NCBI GenBank assembly: GCA_015064855.1
Contig: SVRK01000005.1
Span: 33,747-97,746, forward strand
Source of the DNA: Oscillospiraceae bacterium
Lineage (GTDB): Bacteria; Bacillota; Clostridia; Oscillospirales; CAG-272
DNA: 64,000 nucleotides
Reading direction: 5' to 3'
A model generated the notes under the pieces. The model was not told the DNA's origin and ran no database searches. It saw nothing but the letters and a program-made list of their open reading frames with translations. The stretch's first letter is position 1. Every line of letters begins with the position of its first letter. Shown here piece after piece: positions 8,695 through 17,761 of this stretch. The position numbers and the translations under genes are program-made.

Positions 8695-10290
8695 ATGAAA
8701 AAATATTTAAAAAGCATACATACAAGGTATATGCTCACCTTTATGGCTATAATGATTTTGACCGTTTTGATTTTGGGTATAATTATCACTAATATTATCA
8801 GTAGCTTTTCCCTCGATACAAAGCTCAAGGAGCTCTACGAAACAAATCTTCAGGTATCATCATATTTCAAGGTTCAAGAAACAGATGGTAGACTGCCACC
8901 TATCCAAACGGGTGAGGACAAAATTTTTGCTCCGCTTGACGAAACTTTAAATACGGTTTTGTTAATTTCACCACAGGTTGGTATTTTGGTTTTTGATGAG
9001 AATGGTGAGCTTTTGCTTTCCGCCTCAAAGCAAAATGACGAGGTCATAAAAACCAATAAATATGACGAATCAAAAATGGACGAAATTATTGAAAAACAGA
9101 CACTCCCCGACTCTTTTTTAACTAGAATACAAAGAGACAAGGTTGTTTCCTTAAGCGATACAGCTGACGGATATTTTAGTGAAACAGTTTATTTATATGC
9201 AAGTGCAATAACAACAAAGGTCATAAAGGAAGAGCCACCTAAGCTTGACACGGATGTCTCAAGTGATACTGACTTGGACGAAACAGAGTCTTTGCCTGTT
9301 TATGAGGAAAAGCTACTTGGCGCAATTATTTGTTATGACCCGGGAAATACTGAAAACGATAAAATGATGCGCGATATGATGATAGCGATAATTACAACTA
9401 TTTGTTGGATTACGCTGGCTTCACTCGTTGCAATTTATGGCGTTAGTTATTATACAATGAAGCCACTTCGCGAAATCGGTAGGGCAGCAAAAAGCTTCTC
9501 ACGCGGAAAATACGACGTGCGTGTTAAGGTGCGCGGAAACGACGAGCTTGCCGAGCTTGCCGAGTCATTTAACAAAATGGCAATAGCTATTCAGTCAAAG
9601 GACGAAATGCAAAAGAACTTTTTAAGTAACGTTTCTCACGACCTAAAAACTCCAATGACAACGATAGCGGGCTTTGTTGACGGAATTTTAGACGGTGCAA
9701 ATCCACCCGAAAAGGAAGAATATTACTTAAATATCATTAAAAATGAGGTTAAACGCTTGAGTCGTTTGGTTACCTCGCTTCTCGATATTTCAAGACTCCA
9801 GTCTGGAGAGCGCAAGTTTGAGTTTAAAGAATTTAATATGAGCGAGTTAGTTCGCCAAACAGTACTTTCCTTTGAAAAAGCGCTTGAAGAAAAGAAGCTT
9901 GACGTTGAGTTTGATATGGACGATTTTGATATGATGGCATACGGTGATAAGGATGCTATCAACCAAGTTGTATATAATTTCTGTCACAACGCGATTAAGT
10001 TCTCGAACGACGGTGCAAAATACAAGGTTAGCCTAAAATATCAGGACGAAAATACCATCGTATTTAAAATGTATAACGAGGGAATAGGTATTACCGAAGA
10101 AGATTTACCATTTGTATTTGACCGTTTCTTCAAGAGTGATAAATCAAGAGGTCTTGATAAAACTGGAACAGGCTTGGGTCTTTTTATTGCAAAGACTATT
10201 GTTGATGCACACGGGCAAAGCATAAAGGCTGACAGTGAGTTTGGCAAATGGTGTGAGATGTCGTTTACAATTGCCACGAAAGGAGAATAA
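8695..10290 (+). CDS. sensor histidine kinase (2 TM, extracytoplasmic loop, HAMP, HisKA, HATPase_c)
   Basis: 531-aa ORF. TM1 lies near residue 12-38 and TM2 near 225-250. HAMP region, H-box SHDLKTPMT, and N/G boxes (NAIKFS, GTGLGL). Confidence 0.9.
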   Translation: MKKYLKSIHTRYMLTFMAIMILTVLILGIIITNIISSFSLDTKLKELYETNLQVSSYFKVQETDGRLPPIQTGEDKIFAPLDETLNTVLLISPQVGILVFDENGELLLSASKQNDEVIKTNKYDESKMDEIIEKQTLPDSFLTRIQRDKVVSLSDTADGYFSETVYLYASAITTKVIKEEPPKLDTDVSSDTDLDETESLPVYEEKLLGAIICYDPGNTENDKMMRDMMIAIITTICWITLASLVAIYGVSYYTMKPLREIGRAAKSFSRGKYDVRVKVRGNDELAELAESFNKMAIAIQSKDEMQKNFLSNVSHDLKTPMTTIAGFVDGILDGANPPEKEEYYLNIIKNEVKRLSRLVTSLLDISRLQSGERKFEFKEFNMSELVRQTVLSFEKALEEKKLDVEFDMDDFDMMAYGDKDAINQVVYNFCHNAIKFSNDGAKYKVSLKYQDENTIVFKMYNEGIGITEEDLPFVFDRFFKSDKSRGLDKTGTGLGLFIAKTIVDAHGQSIKADSEFGKWCEMSFTIATKGE

Positions 10291-10291
10291 A

Positions 10292-11413
10292 ATGACAGTT
10301 GAATATGTCGCTACCTGTCTGTTTGGTCTTGAAGGACTTTTAGGTGAGGAAATAGATGCACTAGGATATAAGCGCACCGAAACTATGGACGGTAGAATTA
10401 GCTTTTTAGGGGACGAAAATGCCGTAGCAAGAGCAAGCATTAATCTTCGATTTGCCGAAAGACTTTATATAAAAATAGGCGAGTTTAACGCCACAACCTT
10501 TGACGAGCTCTTTGAGGGTACAAAAGGGCTACCGTGGCATGAGTGGATAGGAAAGGATGACCAGTTTCCTGTGCGTGGACACTCCATAAAAAGCACACTG
10601 TTTTCCGTTCCCGATTGCCAAAAAATCATAAAAAAAGCAGTGGCTTCCTCTCTTGGTAATAAATATGGTATTTCTTGGTTTTCTGAAACAGGCATAAAAT
10701 ACCAAATAGACTTTTTCTTGTTTAAAAACAGATGCACATTAATGATTGATACCTCGGGCACACCACTTCACAAAAGAGGGTATAGACCAAAGTCAAACGA
10801 AGCACCGATAAGAGAAACACTTGCGTGCGCTTTGGCAAAGCTATCGCGCCCACGTGAGGACGTGCTTTTTTGGGATCCATTTTGTGGCTCGGGTACTATC
10901 GCTATTGAGGCTTCAATGATAATGCTTGGTATTGCTCCTGGGCTTAACCGCAAGTTTGACGGGCAAGCCTTTCCACAATTTGAAAAGAAAATTTGGATAG
11001 AGGCAAGAGAAGAGGCAAAGGCGAAAATCATAACCGATAGTAAATTTGAAGCATACGCATCGGATATAAATCCCGAATGCGTAGAATTGGCTCGAGAAAA
11101 TGCCAAAAATGCAGGGGTTTCCTCTAATGTCAAAATATTTGTCAAGGACGCCCTAACGATAAAAACCGACGGTAGACGAGGAACAATTGTGTGCAATCCC
11201 CCATACGGTGAGCGCCTGTTTTCAATGAAGGAAACAGAGGATTTATATAAGAAAATGGGTAAGCACTTCCAAACCCTTGACAAGTGGCAACAGTATATAA
11301 TAACAAGCCACGAGGGCTTTCAAACACTCTTTGGCAGACGTGCTGATAAGGTGAGAAAGCTATATAATGGTATGATACCCTGCTATTTTTACCAATTTTT
11401 CAAAAATAAATGA
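10292..11413 (+). CDS. THUMP-domain class I SAM-dependent RNA methyltransferase (COG0116, RlmL/YpsC-like)
   Basis: The ORF spans 10235-11413. The likely start is ATG 10292 after GGAGA, one nt after the kinase stop. Motifs: DPFCGSGT (SAM motif I) and NPPYGERL (motif IV). Confidence 0.85.
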   Translation: MTVEYVATCLFGLEGLLGEEIDALGYKRTETMDGRISFLGDENAVARASINLRFAERLYIKIGEFNATTFDELFEGTKGLPWHEWIGKDDQFPVRGHSIKSTLFSVPDCQKIIKKAVASSLGNKYGISWFSETGIKYQIDFFLFKNRCTLMIDTSGTPLHKRGYRPKSNEAPIRETLACALAKLSRPREDVLFWDPFCGSGTIAIEASMIMLGIAPGLNRKFDGQAFPQFEKKIWIEAREEAKAKIITDSKFEAYASDINPECVELARENAKNAGVSSNVKIFVKDALTIKTDGRRGTIVCNPPYGERLFSMKETEDLYKKMGKHFQTLDKWQQYIITSHEGFQTLFGRRADKVRKLYNGMIPCYFYQFFKNK

Positions 11414-11422
11414 TTAAAAATC

Positions 11423-11478
11423 AAACCTCCGCAAATACTAGTAAAAGTAGAAATTTCTAGTATAAACGGAGGTTTTTT
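11423..11478 (+). terminator. long hairpin plus T-run between the methyltransferase and gerA-like genes; its 3' arm contains the SD of the downstream gene
   Basis: AAACCTCCG (11423-11431) pairs with CGGAGGTTT (11467-11475). An inner TACTAG/CTAGTA pairing is also present. TTTT follows, then ATG 11479. Confidence 0.5.
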
Positions 11479-12894
11479 ATGCGTGAATTTTCAAAAGAGC
11501 TTGAAGAAAACGTAAAAGAAATTGACGAAATTTTAAGAGTAAATGAAAATTTTGATATTATAAAGCGCGAAATGGAAATAAATTCACAAAGAGTAGTAAT
11601 GTATTACGTTGACGGCTTTGTTACAAGCGCCATTATGCAAAAGCTTATAATGCATCTAACAACAATAAAGGACTTTGGCGACTCAAGTGATACGGCAGTT
11701 ATAGATTTTGCTAAAAAAAGCGTACCCAGTGTCGAGGTTGACCCTATTTTTGATGTTGATATATTAGTTACAATGGTACTCTCGGGATGCTCGGCAATTT
11801 TGGCAGAGGGCTTTGGCAAGGGCGCAATAATAGTTGATGCACGTTCATATCCTGCGAGAACCACAGAGGAACCGGGAAACGACAGAGTAATGCGTGGTGC
11901 GCGCGACGGCTTTGTTGAAACCTTGATTTTTAATACCGCCATGATAAGGCGTAGAATCCGCGACCCAAAATTGACCTGCAAATATTTATGCGTGGGAGAA
12001 AACTCTAAAACCGACATTTCGGTTGTCTATCTTGATAAAAAAGCCGACCCTGTGTACGTAAATAAGTTAATAGAGAAGATTAAAAATATAAAGACGGATG
12101 CTTTGCCTATGGGGCATCAAAGCCTTATAGAATGTCTTATCAAGGGCAATTCCTATAATCCTTTTCCAAAGGTCAGATGCACAGAGCGCCCCGATTGTGC
12201 GTGTGCATCAATTTTAGAGGGAAACGTTGTAATTTTATGTGACACCTCACCCGAGGCAATTATTTTACCAACCTCAATATTTGACTTTTTACAGGACACT
12301 GATGATTACTATTTCACACCAATAACAGGTACGTATCTCAGGCTCGTTCGTCAGTTCGTTTTTTGGAGCGCGGTGGTCTTAACACCAATATGGTATTTTC
12401 TTATCACAAACTCACAAATAGTGCCCGAATGGCTTTATTTTATAGTGCCCGAGGACACGGGTGCTGTGCCGATTCTTATACAGCTTTTACTTGTTGAATT
12501 TGTAATAGACGGCTTAAAGCTTGCCTCGCTCAATACCCCAAGCGTAATGTCTAACTCCTTTGGAGTTATCGGTGGACTTTTGCTAGGTGATTTTGCCGTC
12601 GAGGTCGGATGGTTAAGCGCCGATGTTATTTTCTATATGGCAATAGTTTCAATGGCAAGCTTCACACAGTCAAATTACGAGCTTGGCTATGCCCTTAAAT
12701 TCGTCCGTATAATCACATTGTGCCTTGTTGCTCTGTTAGGCGGTTGGGGACTGCTCCTTGGCGCACTTATCGGCATTTTATTAATAGTCAATACCAAAAC
12801 AATAAATGGCAAACGCTCATACCTCTACCCTCTAATCCCCTTCAACCCAGTTGCTATGTCACGCCTTATCTTCCGCCGCCATAAACACAATTAA
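11479..12894 (+). CDS. GerA-family spore germination protein (stand-alone, SpoVAF-like)
   Basis: 471-aa ORF. GerA-family core (VMYYVDGF, RGARDGFVETLIFNTAMIRRRIRDPKL) and a C-terminal multi-TM domain. No adjacent GerB/GerC genes. Confidence 0.8.
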   Translation: MREFSKELEENVKEIDEILRVNENFDIIKREMEINSQRVVMYYVDGFVTSAIMQKLIMHLTTIKDFGDSSDTAVIDFAKKSVPSVEVDPIFDVDILVTMVLSGCSAILAEGFGKGAIIVDARSYPARTTEEPGNDRVMRGARDGFVETLIFNTAMIRRRIRDPKLTCKYLCVGENSKTDISVVYLDKKADPVYVNKLIEKIKNIKTDALPMGHQSLIECLIKGNSYNPFPKVRCTERPDCACASILEGNVVILCDTSPEAIILPTSIFDFLQDTDDYYFTPITGTYLRLVRQFVFWSAVVLTPIWYFLITNSQIVPEWLYFIVPEDTGAVPILIQLLLVEFVIDGLKLASLNTPSVMSNSFGVIGGLLLGDFAVEVGWLSADVIFYMAIVSMASFTQSNYELGYALKFVRIITLCLVALLGGWGLLLGALIGILLIVNTKTINGKRSYLYPLIPFNPVAMSRLIFRRHKHN

Positions 12895-12954
12895 AACAAT
12901 AAGCCACCCTAGAAATGATATCGCAAATCACCGATACTCCGTAGGGACAGACAA

Positions 12955-12998
12955 GGCTCCCTTGCAAAGGGAGCTGTCGCTTTAGCGACTGAGGGATT
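12955..12998 (+). repeat. family A dispersed hairpin repeat
   Basis: ggctcccttgcaaagggagctgtcgctttagcgactgagggatt. Confidence 0.8.
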
Positions 12999-13007
12999 CT
13001 AAAAAAC

Positions 13008-13030
13008 GGGAGCATACTATGCTCCCCTAC
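13008..13030 (-). repeat. family C palindromic repeat (GTAGGGGAGCATAGTATGCTCCC), inverted copy
   Basis: gggagcatactatgctcccctac is the reverse complement of 49309-49331. Confidence 0.8.
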
Positions 13031-13035
13031 AACGT

Positions 13036-13065
13036 AAAAAAGACCTCGAAAAACGAGGTCTTTTT
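13036..13065. terminator. bidirectional terminator hairpin
   Basis: A-run, stem GACCTCG / CGAGGTC with loop AAAAA, then a T-run. Confidence 0.65.
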
Positions 13066-13092
13066 GTCATTCCGAGCAACGTCGAAAAAATC
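13065..13092 (+). repeat. family D repeat (TGTCATTCCGAGCAACGTCGA...ATC)
   Basis: A 21-nt core (tgtcattccgagcaacgtcga) is identical to the reverse complement of 53861-53881. It is related to 49371-49397 and 53891-53918. Confidence 0.75.
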
Positions 13093-13133
13093 TATGGCGC
13101 ACATTCGCTTAGGACGATATAATGATTGCCCTT

Positions 13134-13174
13134 GGCGAGGCGCAACCCTTTTCCCCTCGCAGGGGAATTTCCCC
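13134..13174 (-). repeat. partial family B insert
   Basis: ggcgaggcgcaacccttttcccctcgcaggggaatttcccc matches part of 6250-6310. Confidence 0.6.
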
Positions 13175-13227
13175 GACTGTCCGCAAATTGTTAGGAACAA
13201 GTCTCCATTTGAAGCAAAGAGCACTAT

Positions 13228-13255
13228 AAAAAAGAGACCATTCGGTCTCTTTTTT
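13228..13255. terminator. bidirectional terminator just downstream of ruvB
   Basis: A-run, stem AGAGACC / GGTCTCT with loop ATTC, then a T-run. Confidence 0.7.
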
Positions 13256-13261
13256 GTATGA

Positions 13262-14311
13262 TTATTCAAACTTCATTTGATAAGCGCCACCGGGACTATA
13301 TGGTATCCCTAAATGGTCATACGCCAAGCGAGTAACACATCTACCCTTTGGGGTACGGCTCAAAAATCCTATTTGCATAAGGTACGGCTCGTAAACGTCC
13401 TCAATGGTGATTGACTCCTCGCCAATAGTCGCCGCCAAGGTTTCAAGACCCACAGGACCGCCGTTATAGAACTTAATAATTGTTTCAAGTATTTTTCTGT
13501 CGATATTGTCAAGTCCAAGATAGTCAATTTCAAGTGCTTCAAGAGCGGTTTTTGCAATTTCCAAGGTAATTGTTCCATCGCCCTTAACCTGTGCATAGTC
13601 GCGCACACGCTTTAAAAGCCTGTTCGCAATACGAGGTGTTCCGCGTGAGCGAGAAGCGATTTCAAGTGCGCCCTCATCATCAATAGCAACCTCTAAAAGT
13701 GAAGCACTGCGCTTAATAATTGTCGCAAGCTCCTCAGCCTTATAAAGCTCAAGGCGGAGCAAAACGCCAAATCTATCGCGTAAAGGAGTAGTAAGCTGTC
13801 CTGCGCGAGTTGTTGCACCAACCAAAGTAAATTTTGGTAGTGGCACACGGATGCTACGTGCTGCTGGTCCTTTACCTATAATAATATCAAGCACATAATC
13901 TTCCATCGCGGGATAAAGAATTTCTTCAATCGAGCGTGAAAGACGGTGTATTTCATCAATAAAAAGTACATCACCGGGGGCTAAATTAGTAAGAATAGCA
14001 GCCAAATCCCCTTGCTTTTCAATAGCAGGGCCCGAGGTTACTCTAAAATTAACGCCCATTTCAGTTGCAATAATGCCTGAAAGTGTTGTCTTACCAAGAC
14101 CTGGAGGGCCGTAGAGAAGCACGTGGTCAAGGGAGTCGCCTCTGCCTTTAGCCGCGTCGATATACACCTTTAGCATTTCCTTAACCTTTTCTTGTCCTAT
14201 GTAGTCCTCAAAAACTTTAGGACGAAGGCTTATTTCAACCTCGTTGTCCTCGCCTGTCATTTCGGTTGAAACTATTCTGTTTTCAAAGTCAAATTCTGTT
14301 TCTTCAATCAT
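13262..14311 (-). CDS. ruvB: Holliday junction branch-migration helicase RuvB
   Basis: 349-aa ORF. Walker [19 protein letters not shown], RuvB sensor regions and a C-terminal winged helix. Confidence 0.97.
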   Translation of the reverse strand: MIEETEFDFENRIVSTEMTGEDNEVEISLRPKVFEDYIGQEKVKEMLKVYIDAAKGRGDSLDHVLLYGPPGLGKTTLSGIIATEMGVNFRVTSGPAIEKQGDLAAILTNLAPGDVLFIDEIHRLSRSIEEILYPAMEDYVLDIIIGKGPAARSIRVPLPKFTLVGATTRAGQLTTPLRDRFGVLLRLELYKAEELATIIKRSASLLEVAIDDEGALEIASRSRGTPRIANRLLKRVRDYAQVKGDGTITLEIAKTALEALEIDYLGLDNIDRKILETIIKFYNGGPVGLETLAATIGEESITIEDVYEPYLMQIGFLSRTPKGRCVTRLAYDHLGIPYSPGGAYQMKFE

Positions 14312-14326
14312 AGCTTAACCTCATTT

Positions 14327-14935
14327 CTACTTTATTAATTTAGCAAGGGCAAGAGGAATAATCTTTGCCACCTCTAATTTAGGGTCAATACCAGCCAAGG
14401 CTCTTTGTGCATCAGCCCTTGTATAGCCAAGAACAACAAGCGCTTCAAGTGCCTCTGATAGGTTGGAGTTCTTCGCCACACTAACGCTTGCAACCTGCAT
14501 AGCCTCGGGGCTTGATGTTGTAAATACTTGCTTTTGTATCTTATCCTTAAGCTCCAGAACAACACGTGCTGCGGTTTTAGGACCTACACCGTTTGCCTTT
14601 GCAATAGCCTTAATATCCTCACTTGATATTGCCATACTAAGTCTATCGGGAGTCAAAAGAGAGAGAATAGCCATAGCCGCCTTTGGTCCAACGCCCGAAA
14701 CTGTAATAAGCAGCTTAAAAGCACTTAATTCATCATTAGTTTTGAAGCCAAAAAGCTCCACACCGTCCTCACTTACCTTTAAATAAGTAAGAAGCTTTGT
14801 TTTTTCATTTACATGACCGACAATGCTTGAATAGGTATTGTCGCTGATTGATAGCTTGTAGCCAACGCCCATGCAGTCAACAACGCAAAAGCTTGGCTCA
14901 CAATATTCAAGAGTGCCGTTTACGTGATATATCAT
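14327..14935 (-). CDS. ruvA: Holliday junction DNA-binding protein RuvA
   Basis: 202-aa ORF. N-terminal OB fold (MIYHVNGTL), HhH motifs (SVSGVGPKAAMAILS, ANGVGPKTAARVVLELK) and a C-terminal domain III. Confidence 0.95.
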   Translation of the reverse strand: MIYHVNGTLEYCEPSFCVVDCMGVGYKLSISDNTYSSIVGHVNEKTKLLTYLKVSEDGVELFGFKTNDELSAFKLLITVSGVGPKAAMAILSLLTPDRLSMAISSEDIKAIAKANGVGPKTAARVVLELKDKIQKQVFTTSSPEAMQVASVSVAKNSNLSEALEALVVLGYTRADAQRALAGIDPKLEVAKIIPLALAKLIK

Positions 14936-17394
14936 AAAATTCCCTCGTTATTAATTGGTTCTTCAATAATTTCTTCGTACAATTTATCTTGCGTTTCTTT
15001 AATAGAAACAACAACCATCTTTTTTCTTGTTGAGTCCCAAATGCAAAGACCGATAAATCCAAGCACTCCGATAAAGGAAGCACCAAGACCTACGTACCAT
15101 TGCATAGGAACGTATTTCATTTCGACAACGTGTTCGCCCTCGCTAATATCAAACGCTATAAGAGCATCAACGCATTTATATGTGTCAACACGTTCACCGT
15201 CAATATAAACACGCCAATTTTCATCGTACGGAATAGTGGTAAACACGACGGGCTTTTCCTTCACCGCGTTAATTGTACCTTTTATATAAGTGTCAGAATG
15301 CTTCGTCACGTTTAAGCTGTTATTTCTTAATTCGTTTGTGATTTGCTGTAAGCTTTGTTCTGTTACTCGTCCACCAAACGATTTATCAAGCATACACTCG
15401 GCAAGAGCAAGAGCATACCTTTCTCCTCTTAATTTTTTCTCAATTTGTGATGCGTTTTTAATAGTATCCTTAACTGTGTATGCAAATGGGAGAGCGAATT
15501 CGTTTTTATAAATTATATATTCATTATCAAGAATTGCTTCCACTTTGTAAATTTCACTCTTTTCAAGGTTGGCAGTGGTTTTGTTTACCTTTTCGTCGGA
15601 AATAATGTACTTAATACCAACGAGTGCATCCGATAGCTCATTATCAAAAACGTAAAGAGAGCTTTGAGATTTTGTTTGGTATCCAAGCTTCTTTAAAAAT
15701 TCCTTTGAGTCCTTGTTAAAGGTAGAGGTAAACTCCGAAACACCATTGATGTTGTGAACCAAATTGTCGTTTGATTTGCGTGATTTGTAGCTTTCCACAC
15801 GGAAAAGACCGTTGTCGTTTTTCTTTATAAAATACGCTTGTATATATTCCGAGTTGCTAGTAAAATTAGCGTAATTTTTACGTGTTGACGAGCCTGCGTC
15901 TAAATATGAATCCTTCCAACTGAGCGAAGCACCTATGAATGCTTCAAAGCAAACAATACCGCAAAGAATTGAGGTTATAAGCACTTTTTTTGACGGCTTT
16001 TTCTTTATAAAATAGAAAATTACCAAATAAGCCGCAAGTAGTATAAACGTTAGCCAAACAGTTTGCAAGCCGATATTAAGCTCAATAGCCTCGTCACCAT
16101 CATATTGAATAAGCTTGACTGATTTTTGAAGAATTAAAAGTATAACAGCAATAGCACCGGTAGAAATAGCAAAAAACTTGAATTTGAAATCGCCTAACTT
16201 TTCGTAGCCCTTGTATGCCATAACAAGCAAAATAAAGGTAAAAATAAAGCTAAAGCGGTGGCTGAGCCAAATAGGCTCACTAAATCCGTGCCAAGCAAGA
16301 TTCAAGGTGCTTATTGTGAAGCTGGCAAGAAATACCGCCGATAAAACACCATATCCTATTTTTTCACGCGCCTTGATTTTTTTAGATGCGAAGAAAAGAG
16401 GGAGCATAAGAACAAGCAGAGTGCCTGCATATAAATGAGGGAAGCCCTCGGGTCTGAACGTACCGAACGTGCCAATAAACATTTTTGCTAAAATATCAAG
16501 GAAGTCAACCATTATAGTCGGTTCAAGCTTCTTGATATCAAAGCCACCCGCTTTTCCAAATTGCAAGGCGTAAATAGCACTTAAAAGTACTGCGCTTGTA
16601 ATGATAACGGCAACAGCAGTATACACAATGTATCGAATTATGCATTTTAGGGTGTGTAGCTTAACCGAATTTGGATTTCTTATATCCTTTGAATGAGAAC
16701 ATAGATAGAAAACAAAATAGAGAAGCGTAAAAATGCAGAGCATATATCCAATATAATAATTGCTCCAAATCGCAATAGCAAGAGATATGATGTAAAGCTT
16801 AAATCTACCTTCCTTTATCATAGCTTCTATTCCAAGAGTGATAAGAGGCAACCAAATAAGTGCGTCAATCCACATTATATTTGATTGGTAAGCTATTGCA
16901 TATGCACAAAGTGCATACATAACGGAAAACATACTAAATCCTAAAGGATTTAAACGATGGGTTTTCTTTAAATAAAGCGAAAACGTAAGACCGGAGCAGC
17001 CAGCCTTAAGCATCATAATGGTTGCAATAGCTTCAGGAATCATACGCTTTGGGAAAATCGCTACCAAAAGAGAAAATGGAGATGCCAAATAGTAGGTATA
17101 GTATCCGAAAAATTCTCCGCCAAGGGCACGCTCAAAGGTGTAGAAAAATGATTCTTGACCTAGCAAAACGTCACGAATCTGCTCAAAGAAATAAATATAT
17201 TGAGCGTTTAAATCGAGTATTAAAAAGCTTAATTTGCCCTTTGAAAATACACTGATAAGTGTTAGAGTAATTGCAATAATTATAGCCGGTACAAAGAATG
17301 AAAAAAGCAAGTACCATTTATTTTTTAAGAAGTTAATTAATGGGATGTTATCAGTTCGTTTTTTTATATTAATCGTATTATCCATTTTCTCCAC
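14932..17394 (-). CDS. YfhO-family polytopic membrane protein (GT-C-like glycosyltransferase family)
   Basis: 820-aa ORF with many TM helices and a C-terminal extracytoplasmic domain plus a final TM. The N-terminal region (AQYIYFFEQIRDVLLGQESFFYTFERALGGEFFGYYTYYLASPF) is typical of YfhO. Its stop overlaps the ruvA start by 4 nt. Confidence 0.8.
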   Translation of the reverse strand: MEKMDNTINIKKRTDNIPLINFLKNKWYLLFSFFVPAIIIAITLTLISVFSKGKLSFLILDLNAQYIYFFEQIRDVLLGQESFFYTFERALGGEFFGYYTYYLASPFSLLVAIFPKRMIPEAIATIMMLKAGCSGLTFSLYLKKTHRLNPLGFSMFSVMYALCAYAIAYQSNIMWIDALIWLPLITLGIEAMIKEGRFKLYIISLAIAIWSNYYIGYMLCIFTLLYFVFYLCSHSKDIRNPNSVKLHTLKCIIRYIVYTAVAVIITSAVLLSAIYALQFGKAGGFDIKKLEPTIMVDFLDILAKMFIGTFGTFRPEGFPHLYAGTLLVLMLPLFFASKKIKAREKIGYGVLSAVFLASFTISTLNLAWHGFSEPIWLSHRFSFIFTFILLVMAYKGYEKLGDFKFKFFAISTGAIAVILLILQKSVKLIQYDGDEAIELNIGLQTVWLTFILLAAYLVIFYFIKKKPSKKVLITSILCGIVCFEAFIGASLSWKDSYLDAGSSTRKNYANFTSNSEYIQAYFIKKNDNGLFRVESYKSRKSNDNLVHNINGVSEFTSTFNKDSKEFLKKLGYQTKSQSSLYVFDNELSDALVGIKYIISDEKVNKTTANLEKSEIYKVEAILDNEYIIYKNEFALPFAYTVKDTIKNASQIEKKLRGERYALALAECMLDKSFGGRVTEQSLQQITNELRNNSLNVTKHSDTYIKGTINAVKEKPVVFTTIPYDENWRVYIDGERVDTYKCVDALIAFDISEGEHVVEMKYVPMQWYVGLGASFIGVLGFIGLCIWDSTRKKMVVVSIKETQDKLYEEIIEEPINNEGIL

Positions 17395-17578
17395 CCGAGT
17401 GAATTTTTTTTATCATTTTTTCGACCTTGATTCTGTCAAGGGTTAAGGCTCTTGCACAGCTTGTACACGATATTTTTATATCAGCACCGACGCGCAATAC
17501 CTTGAATTCCTTGCCACCACATGGGTGAGGCTTTTTCATTTCCAGTATATCACCAACGTTTATGATAGGAATATTACC
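17378..17578 (-). CDS. DUF951-family small protein
   Basis: The ORF spans 17378-17650. The likely start is ATG 17578 after GGAGG. Motif GDILEMKKPHPCGG...CTSCAR is typical of DUF951. Confidence 0.7.
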   Translation of the reverse strand, partial: GNIPIINVGDILEMKKPHPCGGKEFKVLRVGADIKISCTSCARALTLDRIKVEKMIKKIHSGGENG

Positions 17579-17681
17579 CATAAAACCTCCAAATTTCCAA
17601 AAAAGTCTAGTTACAATCATTCTAACATAAATGATAGCAAAATTCAACATAAAAATTATTTATATTTTATATAATATGTAT

Positions 17682-17710
17682 TTGACATAATTAAAAAAAT
17701 ATGGTAAAAT
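17682..17710 (+). promoter_or_regulatory. candidate sigma-A promoter of ruvC
   Basis: TTGACA (17682-17687), 17-nt spacer, TAAAAT (17705-17710), preceded by TGG (extended -10). Confidence 0.5.
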
Positions 17711-17761
17711 AAAATTTAAGGTTTTTGTAAAAGACAACTGTTTTGGTTAGGAGGCACGCTT

